A stretch of DNA of 64,000 nucleotides from Nemertoderma westbladi. Its lineage: Eukaryota > Animalia > Xenacoelomorpha. The notes under the pieces were generated by a model. That model did no database searches, had not been told where the DNA came from, and saw nothing but the letters and a program-made list of their open reading frames with translations. Shown piece after piece: positions 1 through 14,200 of this stretch. Position 1 is the stretch's first letter, and every line of letters starts with the position of its first letter. Where the stretch lies: positions 15,324 through 79,323 of the forward strand of contig JAUCBJ010008370.1 in assembly GCA_032718475.1 (NCBI GenBank), given 5' to 3'. The translations under genes were made by a program, and so were the position numbers.

Positions 1-292
1 CAAGCTTGACACTAGAACAAAATCGCCTCCGCTTTGCAGGACATTGCTTTCGCCGTGAGGACCAGCCAGTGCATATATCTTGTACTTTGGCAGCCTCATG
101 GAGTGAATAAGCATGGTGGACAGCCCATGACTTTCTTGAGACGCATCTTAAAGGACACTGGCCTTGAAGATGCGGATGATCTAGCAAATGTCATGGGTGA
201 TAGGGAGTTGTGGCGGTGCAATTTTGTTGACAAGCCGGCACAGCATTCTTAAAAATGCAGCTGCAATGCAGCATGCCGATCCTAGTAGTAGT
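1..292 (+). mobile_element. 3' end of RTE-type LINE with (TAG)n tail
   Basis: Near-identical to 39870-40161; encodes NRLRFAGHCFRR; ends CCTAGTAGTAG. Confidence 0.9.
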
Positions 293-397
293 GCCTAACT
301 GTCTTAGCTCAGGCCGTCAGGTGCATAATTCGCATCTATAACCGCATTAATATCTAATTATAAATCAATATACTCACTATCTATCTACTAAATCTAT

Positions 398-1855
398 ATA
401 AACACTCGTGTTCGATGGTACATAGCACACAAAATTCCGTCGGAACAATATGGTTTTATGCCTAATAAGTCTACGGCCGATGCCCTACGTATACTGATAA
501 ACGACATTTACTCTGCTTTACAATCGGCAAATAAATCAGATCGAAAAATGTATGCAGCATTTGTAGATTTTCAGAAAGCCTTCGATAAAGTGAACCGTGC
601 AATTCTTTTATCAAAGTTGTACAAATTTGGAATAAAGGGAAAATTATTCGATTTAATTAAAAATCTACTCCAAAACAATATTAGAATATTCGACGGTCTA
701 AATCTCTCAGATATTATTGCGCAGTTCCGTGGAGTTTTACAGGGAGACTGTTTTTCCCCGCTATGTTTTATTGTATTTATATCCGACTTGGCGTGGGCTT
801 TCCGACAGACGGTATCTTTCCTAAAGTTCCTGTTTTACGCCGACGACCTCGTACTATACGCCCCGGACAGACAGACTATTCAAAATGGCTTGGACGTACT
901 TCAATCATGGTGTCTCAAAAATGGAATGGACGTCAACTTAGTGAAAACTAAAATTGTAAAATTTAGAAAGGCAGGACGTTTGGCCGCTGCAGACAAATTT
1001 ATATATGGCGGCAACGACATAACAATATGTAATGAATACGACTACCTGGGTGTTACACTACAGACCTCGCTAAGTTTCACGAAACATATTACCTCAAAAA
1101 AGAAAAAATCGTATAGTATTACGGGCTCTCTTAACAACCTCAGGCTTTTATCTGTTGACACTGGATTAAAACTTTTCAGAATGAAAATTGCCCCTATGGC
1201 TCTCTATGCCCTTCCTGTCTTCGCCCGCTTCCTAACCCTAGCAAACCTGAAAGATCTGGACCGCATCAAATCAACTTACATTAAACGGTTGCTCGGCCTT
1301 CATATCACGGCTTCATCGACTCTAGCTTTTCATCTCGTTGATGAACAATCTTTTATCGAAGACATAATTACGAAAACACCTCTGATATTTAACAATGAAG
1401 TTATTACGCAATACAATCATTACCGCCACAACCGTGAACTCAACTTTATCCAAGAAAATTACTCAAATGGCCCTGCTTTTGCTTCTTCTACCTGGAAACT
1501 ATCTAAACAGCGCAATCGTCACGTATTAACAAGATTTACATCTCACGGTTTTCACCACAAAATTTGCCAAACAAACCGGCCTTTCCACTCACTTTCAACA
1601 GACTGTATCTGCCTCTATTGCCATGGCAACTGTTGTGATCGCTACCACGCTTTGCACTGTGCATCTGCACCGACTCTGACCGAACTAGCCTCTAAATAAA
1701 ACTCGGAACCTTTACTTTGCACTACGCTCCTTTAAATTTAAATTTAATATTCTGGTGGCGGTTTGTATTATTAATTATAATAGTTTATTCATAATTATTG
1801 TGCTCTAAACTATATTACCTTGATTAAAGGTGTAGTTAAACTAAAAAAAAAATAA
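398..1855 (+). mobile_element. 5'-truncated non-LTR retrotransposon: RT plus C-terminal CCHC motif, A-rich tail
   Basis: Open frame with QYGFMP, FVDFQKAFDKV, GVLQGDCFSP, FYADD, YLGV and CLYC...HALHC; poly-A at about 1843-1852. Confidence 0.9.
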
Positions 1856-2095
1856 ATCAATATACTAATTATCTCATTAGTTATTAACACAACACCACTA
1901 AAAAGGATATAGTTACTATAAAATCTAACTTTAATATAACAATTCCACACAGATAATACAGTATAAGCATTATCATACGAAGATAAACTGTGTCTAGTTC
2001 TCAGTTCATGCGCCAGACGCTCGACTTAAAGAACTAAACAATTCTAGAACACAACACGCATATTTACTACATATATCCCTTGGACACTTACTAAC

Positions 2096-2277
2096 CTTTA
2101 TACCGTCTCCACCTATTCTCCCGTTGTTGCCATCCGATCCTTTATCCCCCTTCCCTCCCATATCGCCACGGTCCCCAGGCTCCCCCTTCTGCCCAGTACT
2201 TCCCTCCTTAATGTCCAATCCCTGCTCCAGCATAGCCCCAACCTCCCGAGATGGACTTCCTACCTCACCGCTGTCGC
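2096..2277 (-). CDS. collagen IV (minus gene) coding exon 14
   Basis: [12 protein letters not shown]...GGDGIK; donor GTTAGT. Confidence 0.88.
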
Positions 2278-5200
2278 CTAGAATTATAACAATAAAATAA
2301 CACAACAAATGGATTGTGATGTGAATTATATGGATCGTCACACTAAAATCCATGAATATGGATTTTTGAAAGATTATTTGTTTATGAAAGGTTGAAAACT
2401 AATTAATTTATAATGAAAGATGAAATGGAACAATGAAGATGTTCGGAAATGATATCCTATGAATGAATCTATTTTCATCTTCCCTAGTGGATGACAACGC
2501 ACTTTAGCATAACGCAGCTCAAACTCGATGTTATTGATCGACAAACAAATAAATATATTCTGCTATTTTAATCTCGCTTTCAATATGTTTGAAAAGGGTG
2601 TCCGTCGATATTGTATTAGTCGTACATAAATTTATATCAGTTAACCTTAATAGCGAGGGGTTTATTGGTAGAGATGGGAAATTGAAAAGAAATGAAATGA
2701 AATCAACACAAGGATACCAAATTTGCGCTATACTTTTAGTCATCAACACATAATCGGATGACAAAAGTATACCACCATCTTGCACTGATTACGTCCCTGT
2801 TAAATAGTACTGTTACTATCTCATGTTTATTACCTCATATTAGAACGTAGTCAGTGCAAGATGGTGGCATACGTTAGTCATCCTAGCATGTCTTCAGGCA
2901 GAACCTTTTAGTACATCCATTAGCGCTATCTCAAAGTACAATATTGGACCAACTGAATCGTTAGTATTCCTGTTTTTAGTACAGTATATATACTGTACGG
3001 CACATTAGTAGGACCTGATTTTATGTGCGAACAAAAGTAACGAATATTCATACGAATTGAATTCCAATACGGATATAATCACTATTTTTACTATTTATTA
3101 CTTTTTACTTTTTATTATTTTTTACTTTTTACTACTTATAATCGCTATTATTTAGTGTTAGGTAAATGAATGGTTTAATATTATTATACTCTTGGTGGGC
3201 GCAGCTTTGCAATGTCGGCAACGACGTCCAGATGGCCTCTAGGTGACCTCTAGGTTGGAAGTATGACGATCTAACCATTCAGCTAGCGGCTCAGGTAAAA
3301 GGTATTCCTGTGATTTCCAGGTCTACCTCTTACCTGAGTCGCTAGCTGAATGGTTAGAGCGTCACTTATTGCCTCTTTTTCACTTCCTCTTACTCAAAGT
3401 AAATAATTATTGTACTTGTAAAGGATTACGGTGCGGTGTCGTCACGGAATCATTCACACCACGGTTCTAGGTAGCATCGCTAGGTGTCGCCATGGAATCA
3501 TTCACACCTCGGTTCCAGGTAGTACCGCTAGGTGTCGCCATGGAATGATTCACACCTCGGTTCCAGGTAGTACCGCTAGGTGTCGCCCTGGAATGATTCA
3601 CACCTCGGTTCCAGGTAGTACCGCTAGGTGTCGCCATGGAATCATTCACACCTCGGTTCCAGGTAGTACCGCTAGGTGTCGCCATGGAATCATTCACACC
3701 TCGGTTCCAGGTAGTACCGCTAGGTGTCGCCCTGGAATGATTCACACCTCGGTTCAAGGTAGTGAATTATAGCTATTTTACTGTATTATCATGTAAATAC
3801 AGTACGTAATAGGCACTATAATTCCTATATTTATTCCATTCCCGACAAAAATTGTGCTTCGAAAATTGCAAAGGGACATCAAACGTAGAGTAAAGTAAAA
3901 GGTAAGTGTATTGGACTATTGTACCTGCCAATGATTACCATTAGGCTACACTAAGCGCTATTACCGTACGAGCTATGGCCTTCGCGCAGCACGATACACT
4001 ACAGAGGCAGCACTGAGCAGAACCAATGAACCGGTAGTCCGAACCCAATGGCGCATACTCCAGATAAGATTATAAGCTTTTATTCGTTTTATCAAAGTGA
4101 ATAGACACTTTCAGACATTCCACCCTCTAGCGGCAGACAGAAAAATTGGATATGGTTCAGTTTCATAAGAAAGACGCAGCCTGTGGTCTATGAACGGATC
4201 ATAAACAACGAAATGGGGATTTACTGGCTCACTGAAGAACTGCAGAAACCCCCCCCCCCCCCCCCCCCACGTAAATTATATTTTAAACTTTTGACAGACT
4301 ACATGATGTACCGTAGGCCTATTATTATCAATGTTCAATAATTATATAGTTACATAGAGTACAGTGTAGGACTACATAATTATATTACAATTTTTAGGAA
4401 GAAATATATTAATCAAATAAGATCCGTGGGTTGAAGAAACTCCCTGAAATGATGACTTCGATGTTGAGATTAACTATGATTTACTTAGTTTGTTTTGGGA
4501 TGTTGTTGTCATTCGCAAGAAACTTACAAGAGAACAGGTAGAGTATTATTATTATTAATGAAACAACATTAATGAAATACGGCGAAAAAGTCACCAGAAT
4601 CTGAAGTCCAATACATTTTAATAAGCATCCATACACACCATTGCGTCCACGTCTGTCAGATTAACTATTATAGAACTCAATAATAAAAATAAACAAAAAG
4701 GGAGTTCGTAAAATTAAGAATTTAAACAAAATTCATACGATACGACAAATTATTTTTGATAAATGTTAATTCCTGCTCTGTAAAGAGTGTAAGGTTATAT
4801 TTTTAATAAACTATATTTGGAAATATTGATCTCGTTAATAATAACGCGATTACAAGGTGTCCTTTACGTAAATAGTCGACATTGAACGACATTGTGCGCC
4901 GGGCGCGCATCAGCTGTGGCGTCCCCGCTACGCGTGTGCCACTAGGCTTGTGTAGAGGGGACGGGAAGCGAGTAGATGGCGTCACCCTGGTCCCGTGGAA
5001 CCGCGGGCGGTTCCTCACGTGGGACGCGAAGGTGGCGGACCCACTGGCGGCCAGCCACCTCGCCCAGACGCTATCCGCCGGAGGCCGCACTGCAGAGGAA
5101 GCGGAAGCTCTAAAGATCCGCAAGTACCAGGAACTCATGGACCGGGGCTACCTCTTCTACCCGGTAGCCTACGAGACCTCGGGCCGCCCCGGCCCTGAAA

Positions 5201-8200
5201 CATCCGAGTTCCTGAAGGTGAACGGGACTCCACTCTGTTACCCAGGAACCCCGATCTCACCGCTTCCTTCTGCAAAGGCTGGCAATCGCCATCCTGGTCG
5301 GCAATGCGGCTTCCATTATGGGGACCGTGGACCCCTCATTCATTAACAACGAGAGACTCTACGAGGTGGTCCATGGTCCCTAGTACAACACCGACCCCCC
5401 CCCCCACCCCCTAGGTTTCCTATTTTGTTATTATTGTTTTGTTTATTAGTTAAATTAATCTGCACTGGTATTTAATCTGTTAATTTAATTAAACAATGAA
5501 ATGGAAAAATTAAAAAATAAGTAAATAGTTATAATATTATTGTTTCTATAGCGACCATGAACTTGTTGTGCAAAAAAGAATCAAAAGAGATATACAAACC
5601 GGACAAATGATGAAAAGAAGATGCGCTAAGAGTTATAGGGGTTCCGCGGCCTGTATGTCTTCGGTACCAGATTAACTGGTAACTGTATGTCTTCGGTACC
5701 TGATTAACTGGTAACTGTATGTCTTCGGTACCTGATTAACTGGTAACTGTATAATGCGGCTTTAACGTTACCGGTACCTAAACTGCTGCGTTGAGGACAA
5801 GGACTAACTACAAACTAAACTAATGTTGTCGAATATTAAATTAAACTATTATAATATTAAATTAAATTAAAAGGAGTATATACCAAGTAGCTACTGAATT
5901 TATTTAATGGACATTACAGGTATAACCTATTGTCAATAAATTATATCATATGATATGTTACAATATGATATGATATGATATTATATTCATGTATGTATAT
6001 GTCATTATTACGAATTATCATGCAAACATTGTAAGTAATGTAAAATATTATTTGTAATCGAAAACACAATAACAATGTATACTAGTATGAAATATGCGGT
6101 ATTCGAAGGATCTGACTACAAAAACACAGGTGTGGAGTGTATAAGATCAAATTAATAAAGGAAATCGGAACCAAAGGTGTTACTGGGTTCACCCTATAGG
6201 GTCAAGGGAAATACCAACGGTATTGTCAAAGTTATACACATAGCTAAGAAAAGAGTTTGAGAGAAGATTTTAGACAATGTTAGATATAGACAATGTTAGA
6301 TATAGACAATGTTAGATATAGACAATGTTAGATATAGACAATGTTAGATATAGACAATGTTAGATATATACAATGTTAGATATAGACAATGTTAGATATA
6401 TACAATGTTAGATATATACAATGTTAGATATAGACAATGCTAGATATAGACAATGTTAGATATATACAATGTTAGATATAGACAATGTTAGATATATACA
6501 ATGTTAGATATATACAATGTTAGATATAGACAATGCTAGATATAGACAATGTTAGATATAGACAATGCTAGATATATACAATGTTAGATATAGACAATGC
6601 TAGATATAGACAATGTTAGATATAGACAATATTAGATATAGACAATGTTAGATATATACAATGTTAGATAAAGACAATGCTAGATATAGACAATGTTAGA
6701 TATAGACAATATTAGATATAGACAATGTTAGATATATACAATGTTAGATAAAGACAATATTAGATATATACAATGTTAGATATATACAATGTTAGATATA
6801 GACAATGCTAGATATAGACAATGTTAGATATAGACAATATTAGATATAGACAATGTTAGATATATACAATGTTAGATAAAGACAATATTAGATATAGACA
6901 ATGTTAGATATATACAATGTTAGATATAGACAATGTTAGATATATACAATGTTAGATATAGACAATGCTAGATATAGACAATGTTAGATATAGACAATGT
7001 TAGATATATACAATGTTAGATATATACAATGTTAGATATATACAATGTTAGATATAGACAATGTTAGATATAGACAATGTTAGATATAGACAATGTTAGA
7101 TATAGACAATGTTAGATATAGACAATGTTAGATATATACAATGTTAGATATATACAATGTTAGATATAGACAATGCTAGATATAGACAATGTTAGATATA
7201 TACAATGTTAGATATAGACAATGCTAGATATAGACAATGTTAGATATATACAATGTTAGATATAGACAATGTTAGATATAGACAATGCTAGATATAGACA
7301 ATGTTAGATATATACAATGTTAGATATAGACAATGCTAGATATAGACAATGTTAGATATAGACAATGTTAGATATAGACAATGTTAGATATAGACAATGT
7401 TAGATATATACAATGTTAGATATATACAATGTTAGATATAGACAATGCTAGATATAGACAATGTTAGATATAGACAATGCTAGATATAGACAATGTTAGA
7501 TATATACAATGTTAGATATAGACAATGTTAGATATAGACAATGCTAGATACAGACAATGTTAGATATAGACAATGTTAGATATAGACAATGTTAGATATA
7601 GACAATGTTAGATATATACAATGTTAGATATATACAATGTTAGATATAGACAATGCTAGATATAGACAATGTTAGATATATACAATGTTAGATATAGACA
7701 ATGTTAGATATATACAATGTTAGATATATACAATGTTAGATATAGACAATGTTAGATATAGACAATGTTAGATATAGACAATGTTAGATATAGACAATGT
7801 TAGATATAGACAATGTTAGATACAGACAATGTTAGATATAGACAATGTTAGATATAGACAATGTTAGATATAGACAATGTTAGATACAGACAATGTTAGA
7901 TATAGACAATATTAGATATAGACAATGTTAGATATAGACAATGTTAGATATAGACAATGTTAGATATAGACAATGTTAGATATAGACAATGTTAGATACA
8001 GACAATGTTAGATATAGACAATGTTAGATATAGACAATGTTAGATATAGACAATGTTAGATATATACAATGTTAGATATAGACAATGTTAGATATATACA
8101 ATGTTAGATATATACAATGTTAGATATAGACAATGCTAGATATAGACAATGTTAGATATATACAATGTTAGATATAGACAATGTTAGATATATACAATGT

Positions 8201-11200
8201 TAGATATATACAATGTTAGATATAGACAATGCTAGATATAGACAATGTTAGATATAGACAATATTAGATATAGACAATGTTAGATATATACAATGTTAGA
8301 TAAAGACAATATTAGATATAGACAATGTTAGATATATACAATGTTAGATATAGACAATGTTAGATATATACAATGTTAGATATATACAATGTTAGATATA
8401 TACAATGTTAGATATAGACAATGTTAGATATATACAATGTTAGATATATACAATGTTAGATATAGACAATGTTAGATATAGACAATGTTAGATATATACA
8501 ATGTTAGATATAGACAATGTTAGATATAGACAATGTTAGATATAGACAATATTAGATATAGACAATGTTAGATATAGACAATGTTAGATATATACAATGT
8601 TAGATATAGACAATGTTAGATATAGACAATGTTAGATATAATAGACAATGTTAATTAAAATTAACTCAGCAAGGAAAGAAACTTTATTATACCATATTAC
8701 ATAACTTATAATTTATTATTGGTGTTTTGGGTGAATGAGTGTTTTCATATTATTATAACATTTTATTGGGCACAGCTTTGTAAAGTCAGCAATGACGTCT
8801 AGGTGGGATCGAACTGGTGACTTCTGGTTTGGAAATCTGACGCTCTAATCATTCAGCTAGCGGCTCAGGTAAAAGGTACTGTAGGGTTGAGCACAGTGAC
8901 AGCAGATTGTGGTATTGACAGATGGGAGGCCATGAGGAGGTAAACTGCAAACGCGGACATTAGATACCAGATAGTATTTCCAGGTCTATATTTTACCTGA
9001 GCCGCTAACTGAATGGTTATAGCGTCAGATTTCCAAACCGGAGGTCACCAGTTCGATCCCACCCGGACGTCATTGCCGACTTTGCAAAGCTGTGCCTAAC
9101 AAAAAGATATAATATAACATAACTGCGCCCACAGCGCTGAACCGGTCTAACCGGCATTTATTTGATTAAAAACAGATTTACAGTATTCTCAATTAAAATA
9201 AAACATAATAAACAGATAGCTAGTGGGAACTTGCTTTGGACAGAATAACACGCCACTGCAATCTGCTCCTTTCCATAAATTGAGAATTGGACATTGAAGT
9301 GGGGTAAATTCGCCGATATGGAATTAGGGTCAAGTCCCCCCCCCCTGTCTCCAACCAGAAGTATGTATTGGAAGTACAATATACCAACCAGTAGTATATA
9401 ATTTTCCCCTAGACATGAAGCAAATTATCAGTTGAGATATATTTTGATATATTTTTTCATCTTTTTTTAGACTTTTTTTCTTTTTGAAAAAAAGTTTTAG
9501 TTTTAGGAAAAGGAGAAGAGATTTTGAAACTCGATCGCTATCATTCCAACATATACTTTCCATTTTGCGCAGTGCGCACTAGGTGCTGAATATCGAGATT
9601 GATTGGATCAATGGTTGATGGCGATGCAGTATTTCATAAACTGAATTAAACATAATATATTATATTCAGAGTAAATAATTTATTTATAATTTACCTGGGT
9701 TTCCTTTGCTACCAGGACGACCGTTCGACCCACGTTCCCCTCGTCTGGTTGATCCGTCCCCTTTCGGTCCCTCTCTACCCTTCTCGCCGCTATTCCCTCG
9801 CCCACCGTAACCCCCAGGATTACCTTTCTCGCCCTGAATAAACACGATATTTTTGTTTAAAAAAACGAACACTTAAATTTTTTTAAAATGCACCAAATGT
9901 TATCTCATTACCAGATGGCGTTACCTATGAACAAACATAAATATATGCAATATCTCCCAAAGTATAACAACTTTTTTTTAAACAGGGAAAAACAGTCCTA
10001 CCCCCCCCCCCCCCCCCCCCCCCCAGTCCTACTTACCCTTTCTACGTCTCCAGTCTGACCAGTTTCTCCATCTATCCCTGGTCTTCCATCCTCCCCATCT
10101 CCCCCGTCGCCTCCTCTTTCTCCAAGAATGCCTTTGGATCCCTTGGCGCCGGTTGGGCCAAACAGAGGGGGCGGATCCAATGAAGTCGACCCCGCAACTC
10201 CTTTATATCCTGGAACAGTAATGAATAAGCACTTAGCAGCATGTTCTATTAACAAAACATAAAAAGTTTAGTGTACCGGGTGTTCCATAATGATTGCCCC
10301 CCCCCCCCCCCCCCCCCCTGGCCAGCCCAAACTGCCAGACATGCAAAAATTTAGGGTCCAATACAAAAATATAAAAATTTTAAAGGCTATTCTTTAAACC
10401 TATCTTACTTTTCAATATTTGTGATTTAATCACTATTTAAAAAAATATAATTTATCCAGCGTTAGTCATCAGCTTTACAGCCATGTTTCCCCTTTGCAGC
10501 ACGGGGAGCTCCTCGATAGTGGCAAAGGATGTTGGCCCTTAAAAGGGCCGTTTTGGTTTGAGTTCAGTTTGATTATGCCACAGAATCACGACCCTCTCTA
10601 AAAATAACATCTCTGATCCTGTCAATCATACGTTTTTCTTCAGAGTCATCGAAGATTGCTCTGGAACTTGTCCTTATCAATTATCAATTACTTCTGTTAG
10701 GCCTAATTCAGTAAAATTACCAAAGAAACACTAATACCGGTAACTGAATACTGTAATAATATATTGCAATACAGAAAAAGTAATAGTGCAGTAATAACTG
10801 TTTAAACAGGGCTGCAAATCTGATGACCAGCGCTGGATAAATTATATTTTTTAATTGTAATTAAATAAAAAATATAAGATAGGTTTAAAGAATAGCCTAT
10901 AAAATGTTTATACTTTTGTATTGGACCCTAAATTTTTGCATGTAAGCTCAGAATTAAATTCTCTTTCGAATGATATATTACACTAATGTCAGAATGTGCA
11001 TGTCTGGCAGTTTTGGCTGGCCAGGGGGGGGGGGGGCAATCATTATGGAACACCCTTTATATGCTAAAATATTCCGCTTCCGTCTAAGTTATAAGAGAAT
11101 AATGGCGAATAATTCAGGAACATGGCTTCTGCCGGTGGAGTAAAAAAGGGTTGGATTCAAACTTGGGAGTAAGTGTGGCGCTCTCTGGCGCATACACTAG

Positions 11201-14200
11201 CTTACATGTAACAGCCGAGAGAGAGAGAGAGAGAGGGGGAGAGAGAGAGAGAGAGAGAGAGAGGGGGGAGCCCTCGGATTGCCTCCAGGTGGTCAGGTCA
11301 TTATAGGAAAGGTGTTGATGTAGCTCATCATTATCTATCGCGACCCGGTAACTCACCTTTTACTCCCCGAGTTCCATCGCGTCCCTTGTTACCACGGGGA
11401 CCTTTCTCCCCTTTGGGGCCGAGGTCCCCAAAGTCCCCGGTCGAGCCGCCGTACCCAGACTCCCCCTGGTCCCCCGGGGGTCCGGGCTCTCCGACGTAGC
11501 CATGGGGACCACGGGGGCCGTCCGGTCCGGCGGCGCAATCGGAGCAGCTTGGAGTCCGGCCTACAGCTCCCGCAGTACCGTTAGGGCCGGGTGGGCCTAG
11601 AAAGGAATAGAAAAAGGTATTTATAATAAAATAGAGATAAAAGGAAAAACTTTACAGAAGTCATAGGGAGTATTGATGGAGTTAAAACATTATTCAAACA
11701 GACTGGATTAATAGCAAAACAACTTATACCAAGCAGATAACCCAAATATAAACGTTCATAAAACGAATTGATGTCATTATCAATAATAACATTCTAACGA
11801 TAATGCACTAGTCTATCCATAAGACATTTAATAGTAGGGTGAGTGAGGGGGACTTGACCCCCAAAAGTTATAATCGTTCTAAAGAACAGATAATTGATTT
11901 TTTTCTATGCCGTTTTGGCGATTTAACTTTTTCACTTTACATTTATGATTGCTATCATTATGTGAGAGTTTGAGAGTTTGAGAATTTCAACCCTTAACCT
12001 TTTTTAATTAAAAATCAATAATTCGTATTTTCGAAAAAACTTCAATTCTCCCTCAATGTGGGGAGACTTGAGACCCCCTCACATTCGTGTAAATTCATAC
12101 AAAATTGCATGAGAGGCAAAATAAGTACATGTTCAAGATGTCTATTTCATAAAGTAAAGCAGAAAAAAGGCAAAAGTTACGATTACTAAATTGCCAAATA
12201 ATTATCCCAAATTTTATACAAAACCTAAACAGACCATTATTGAATGTTTGCAACCAGATGAAAAGGGGAAAAGCCACCACCAATTTGGACTAAAGGTCAA
12301 CTAAAGCCTCTCCCCAAGAAAGGACACCTCGGCATACCAACAAACTATCGTGGGATCTGTCTGGTTGTGGTAGCTGCCAAAATATACAATAAAATGATTC
12401 TATATAGGATTAGGCCTCACATAGAGAAACTACTGCGTAAGAGCCAAAATGGATTTCGACCAAATAGATCAACAATAGCTCAGATACTTGCGCTACGGAG
12501 ACTGATTGAAGGAATTAAGTAAAAAATCTCCCCGCAGTCATAACTTTTGTGGACTTCAAGAAGGCATTCGACTCCATCCATAGAGGCAAAATGCTTGAAA
12601 TTCTAAGAGCTTATGGAATACCAGAAGTAATTGTTGCTGGCATTGGATTGTTATATTGTGACACAGAAGCACAGGTACTCTCACCAGATGGTGAAACTGA
12701 GTTTTTCTCAATCCTGGCTGGCGTACTGCAAGGTGACACATTAGCACCATTAATATTTGTAATCGTGCTGGATTACGCAATGAGGACAGCCACAAAGGGT
12801 GAAGACCTGGGATTCACACTTCAAGAACGCAGAAGTAGTAGATATCCGGCAACTACAGTCACAGACACCGACTTTGCGGATGACATCGCCCTGCTCTCTA
12901 ATACGCTAGCAGATGCACAGCTTCTACTAAATAAAGTGGAGAGGGCTGCTAAGGAGGTTGGATTTCATATAAATGCTACCAAGACCGAATTCATGACCTT
13001 TAATGTTGATGGAAACTTGACAACCATTGATAATAATCAACTAAGGAAGTTCGACGACTTCCAGTACCTTGGATCATGGATAGAGTGTAGCAAAAAGGAC
13101 ATAGAAGTTAGGAAAGCAAAGGCTTGGGTAGCTCTATCGAAAAATGGATACCATCTGGAAATCAGATCTCTCCAGGCACCTGAAGACTAAGTTCTTTCGA
13201 GCCACAGTGGAAAGTGTATTTTTATACGGGGGTGAGACCTGGACACTGACTAAATCACTTGAACAACGAATTGATGGTTGCTACGCAAGACTATTAAGGG
13301 TAGCCCTATACATCAGCTGGAGACAACACATGATAAACGCCGAGCTTTATGGTACAATACCACCTGTATCAACCACCCTCCGTGAACGCAGATTAAGATT
13401 CAGTGGGCACTGCTGGCGAAGTAAAGACGAGGTCATACCAGATCTACTTTTCTGGCAACCAACTCATGGAAAGCGTAGGTGGACGACCGGCCATAACATA
13501 TATAGATCAACTTGAAAGGGATACTGAACTTGGGAGAAACGAAATTGCGACAACTATGGAGAATCGGGAAGCCTGGAAGGATCTCATTTCCGCTGTCCGA
13601 GTTCGCTCGACCTAGTAGTAGTAGTAGTATACAAAATGGTCGTTCAAATTGTTCTCCTATCAAGAACGAAATAAATGATAGTTAAAATTAAAGCAGCAAT
13701 AAAATTTAACGCGGTTAGGCACTTTTTAATACTAAATGTTTTGCATTTTAATTGTTTTCCTGAATTACTAACCATATGGTCCCCGGATTCCGTTGTCACC
13801 TTTCCATCCTTGTTCTCCCTTTGGCCCCATTATAAGCTCAGCACCAGCTCCAGGAGTACCTTGTTCACCTGGTGGGCCCCGAACACCTAAATACAAATAC
13901 ATAAATACAAATTGAAAATACAATAGCTTGATTTAAATGATTCTTCAGTTAGGTCAAGTACAAAGCAAACCTTCTCTTAGCATTCACTGGTCGAACAAAT
14001 ATTATTAAAGTTTAGCAACCAAATGTTAAGGTTTAAACTAATCAAACGTAAACGATGTCGAGGTTTGTTCCAGTACAAGTTGTGTTAGCTCACCACCATA
14101 CCATCCCTTACCGACTCACCTTCCCGGCCCAGGAGTCCCGTTTTCCCATCTCTGCCATATTAGCCTTTCCCACCACCATACCTTCCCTTACCGACTCACC

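Noticed and set aside
3431-3772. 113-aa and 96-aa repetitive ORFs, or a CRISPR-like array
   Set aside because: Translations of a 48-bp tandem repeat; no spacers and no supported splice context.
8998-9072. Functional tRNA-Trp gene
   Set aside because: Acceptor and anticodon stems do not pair well, and the sequence is part of a repeated inverted element.
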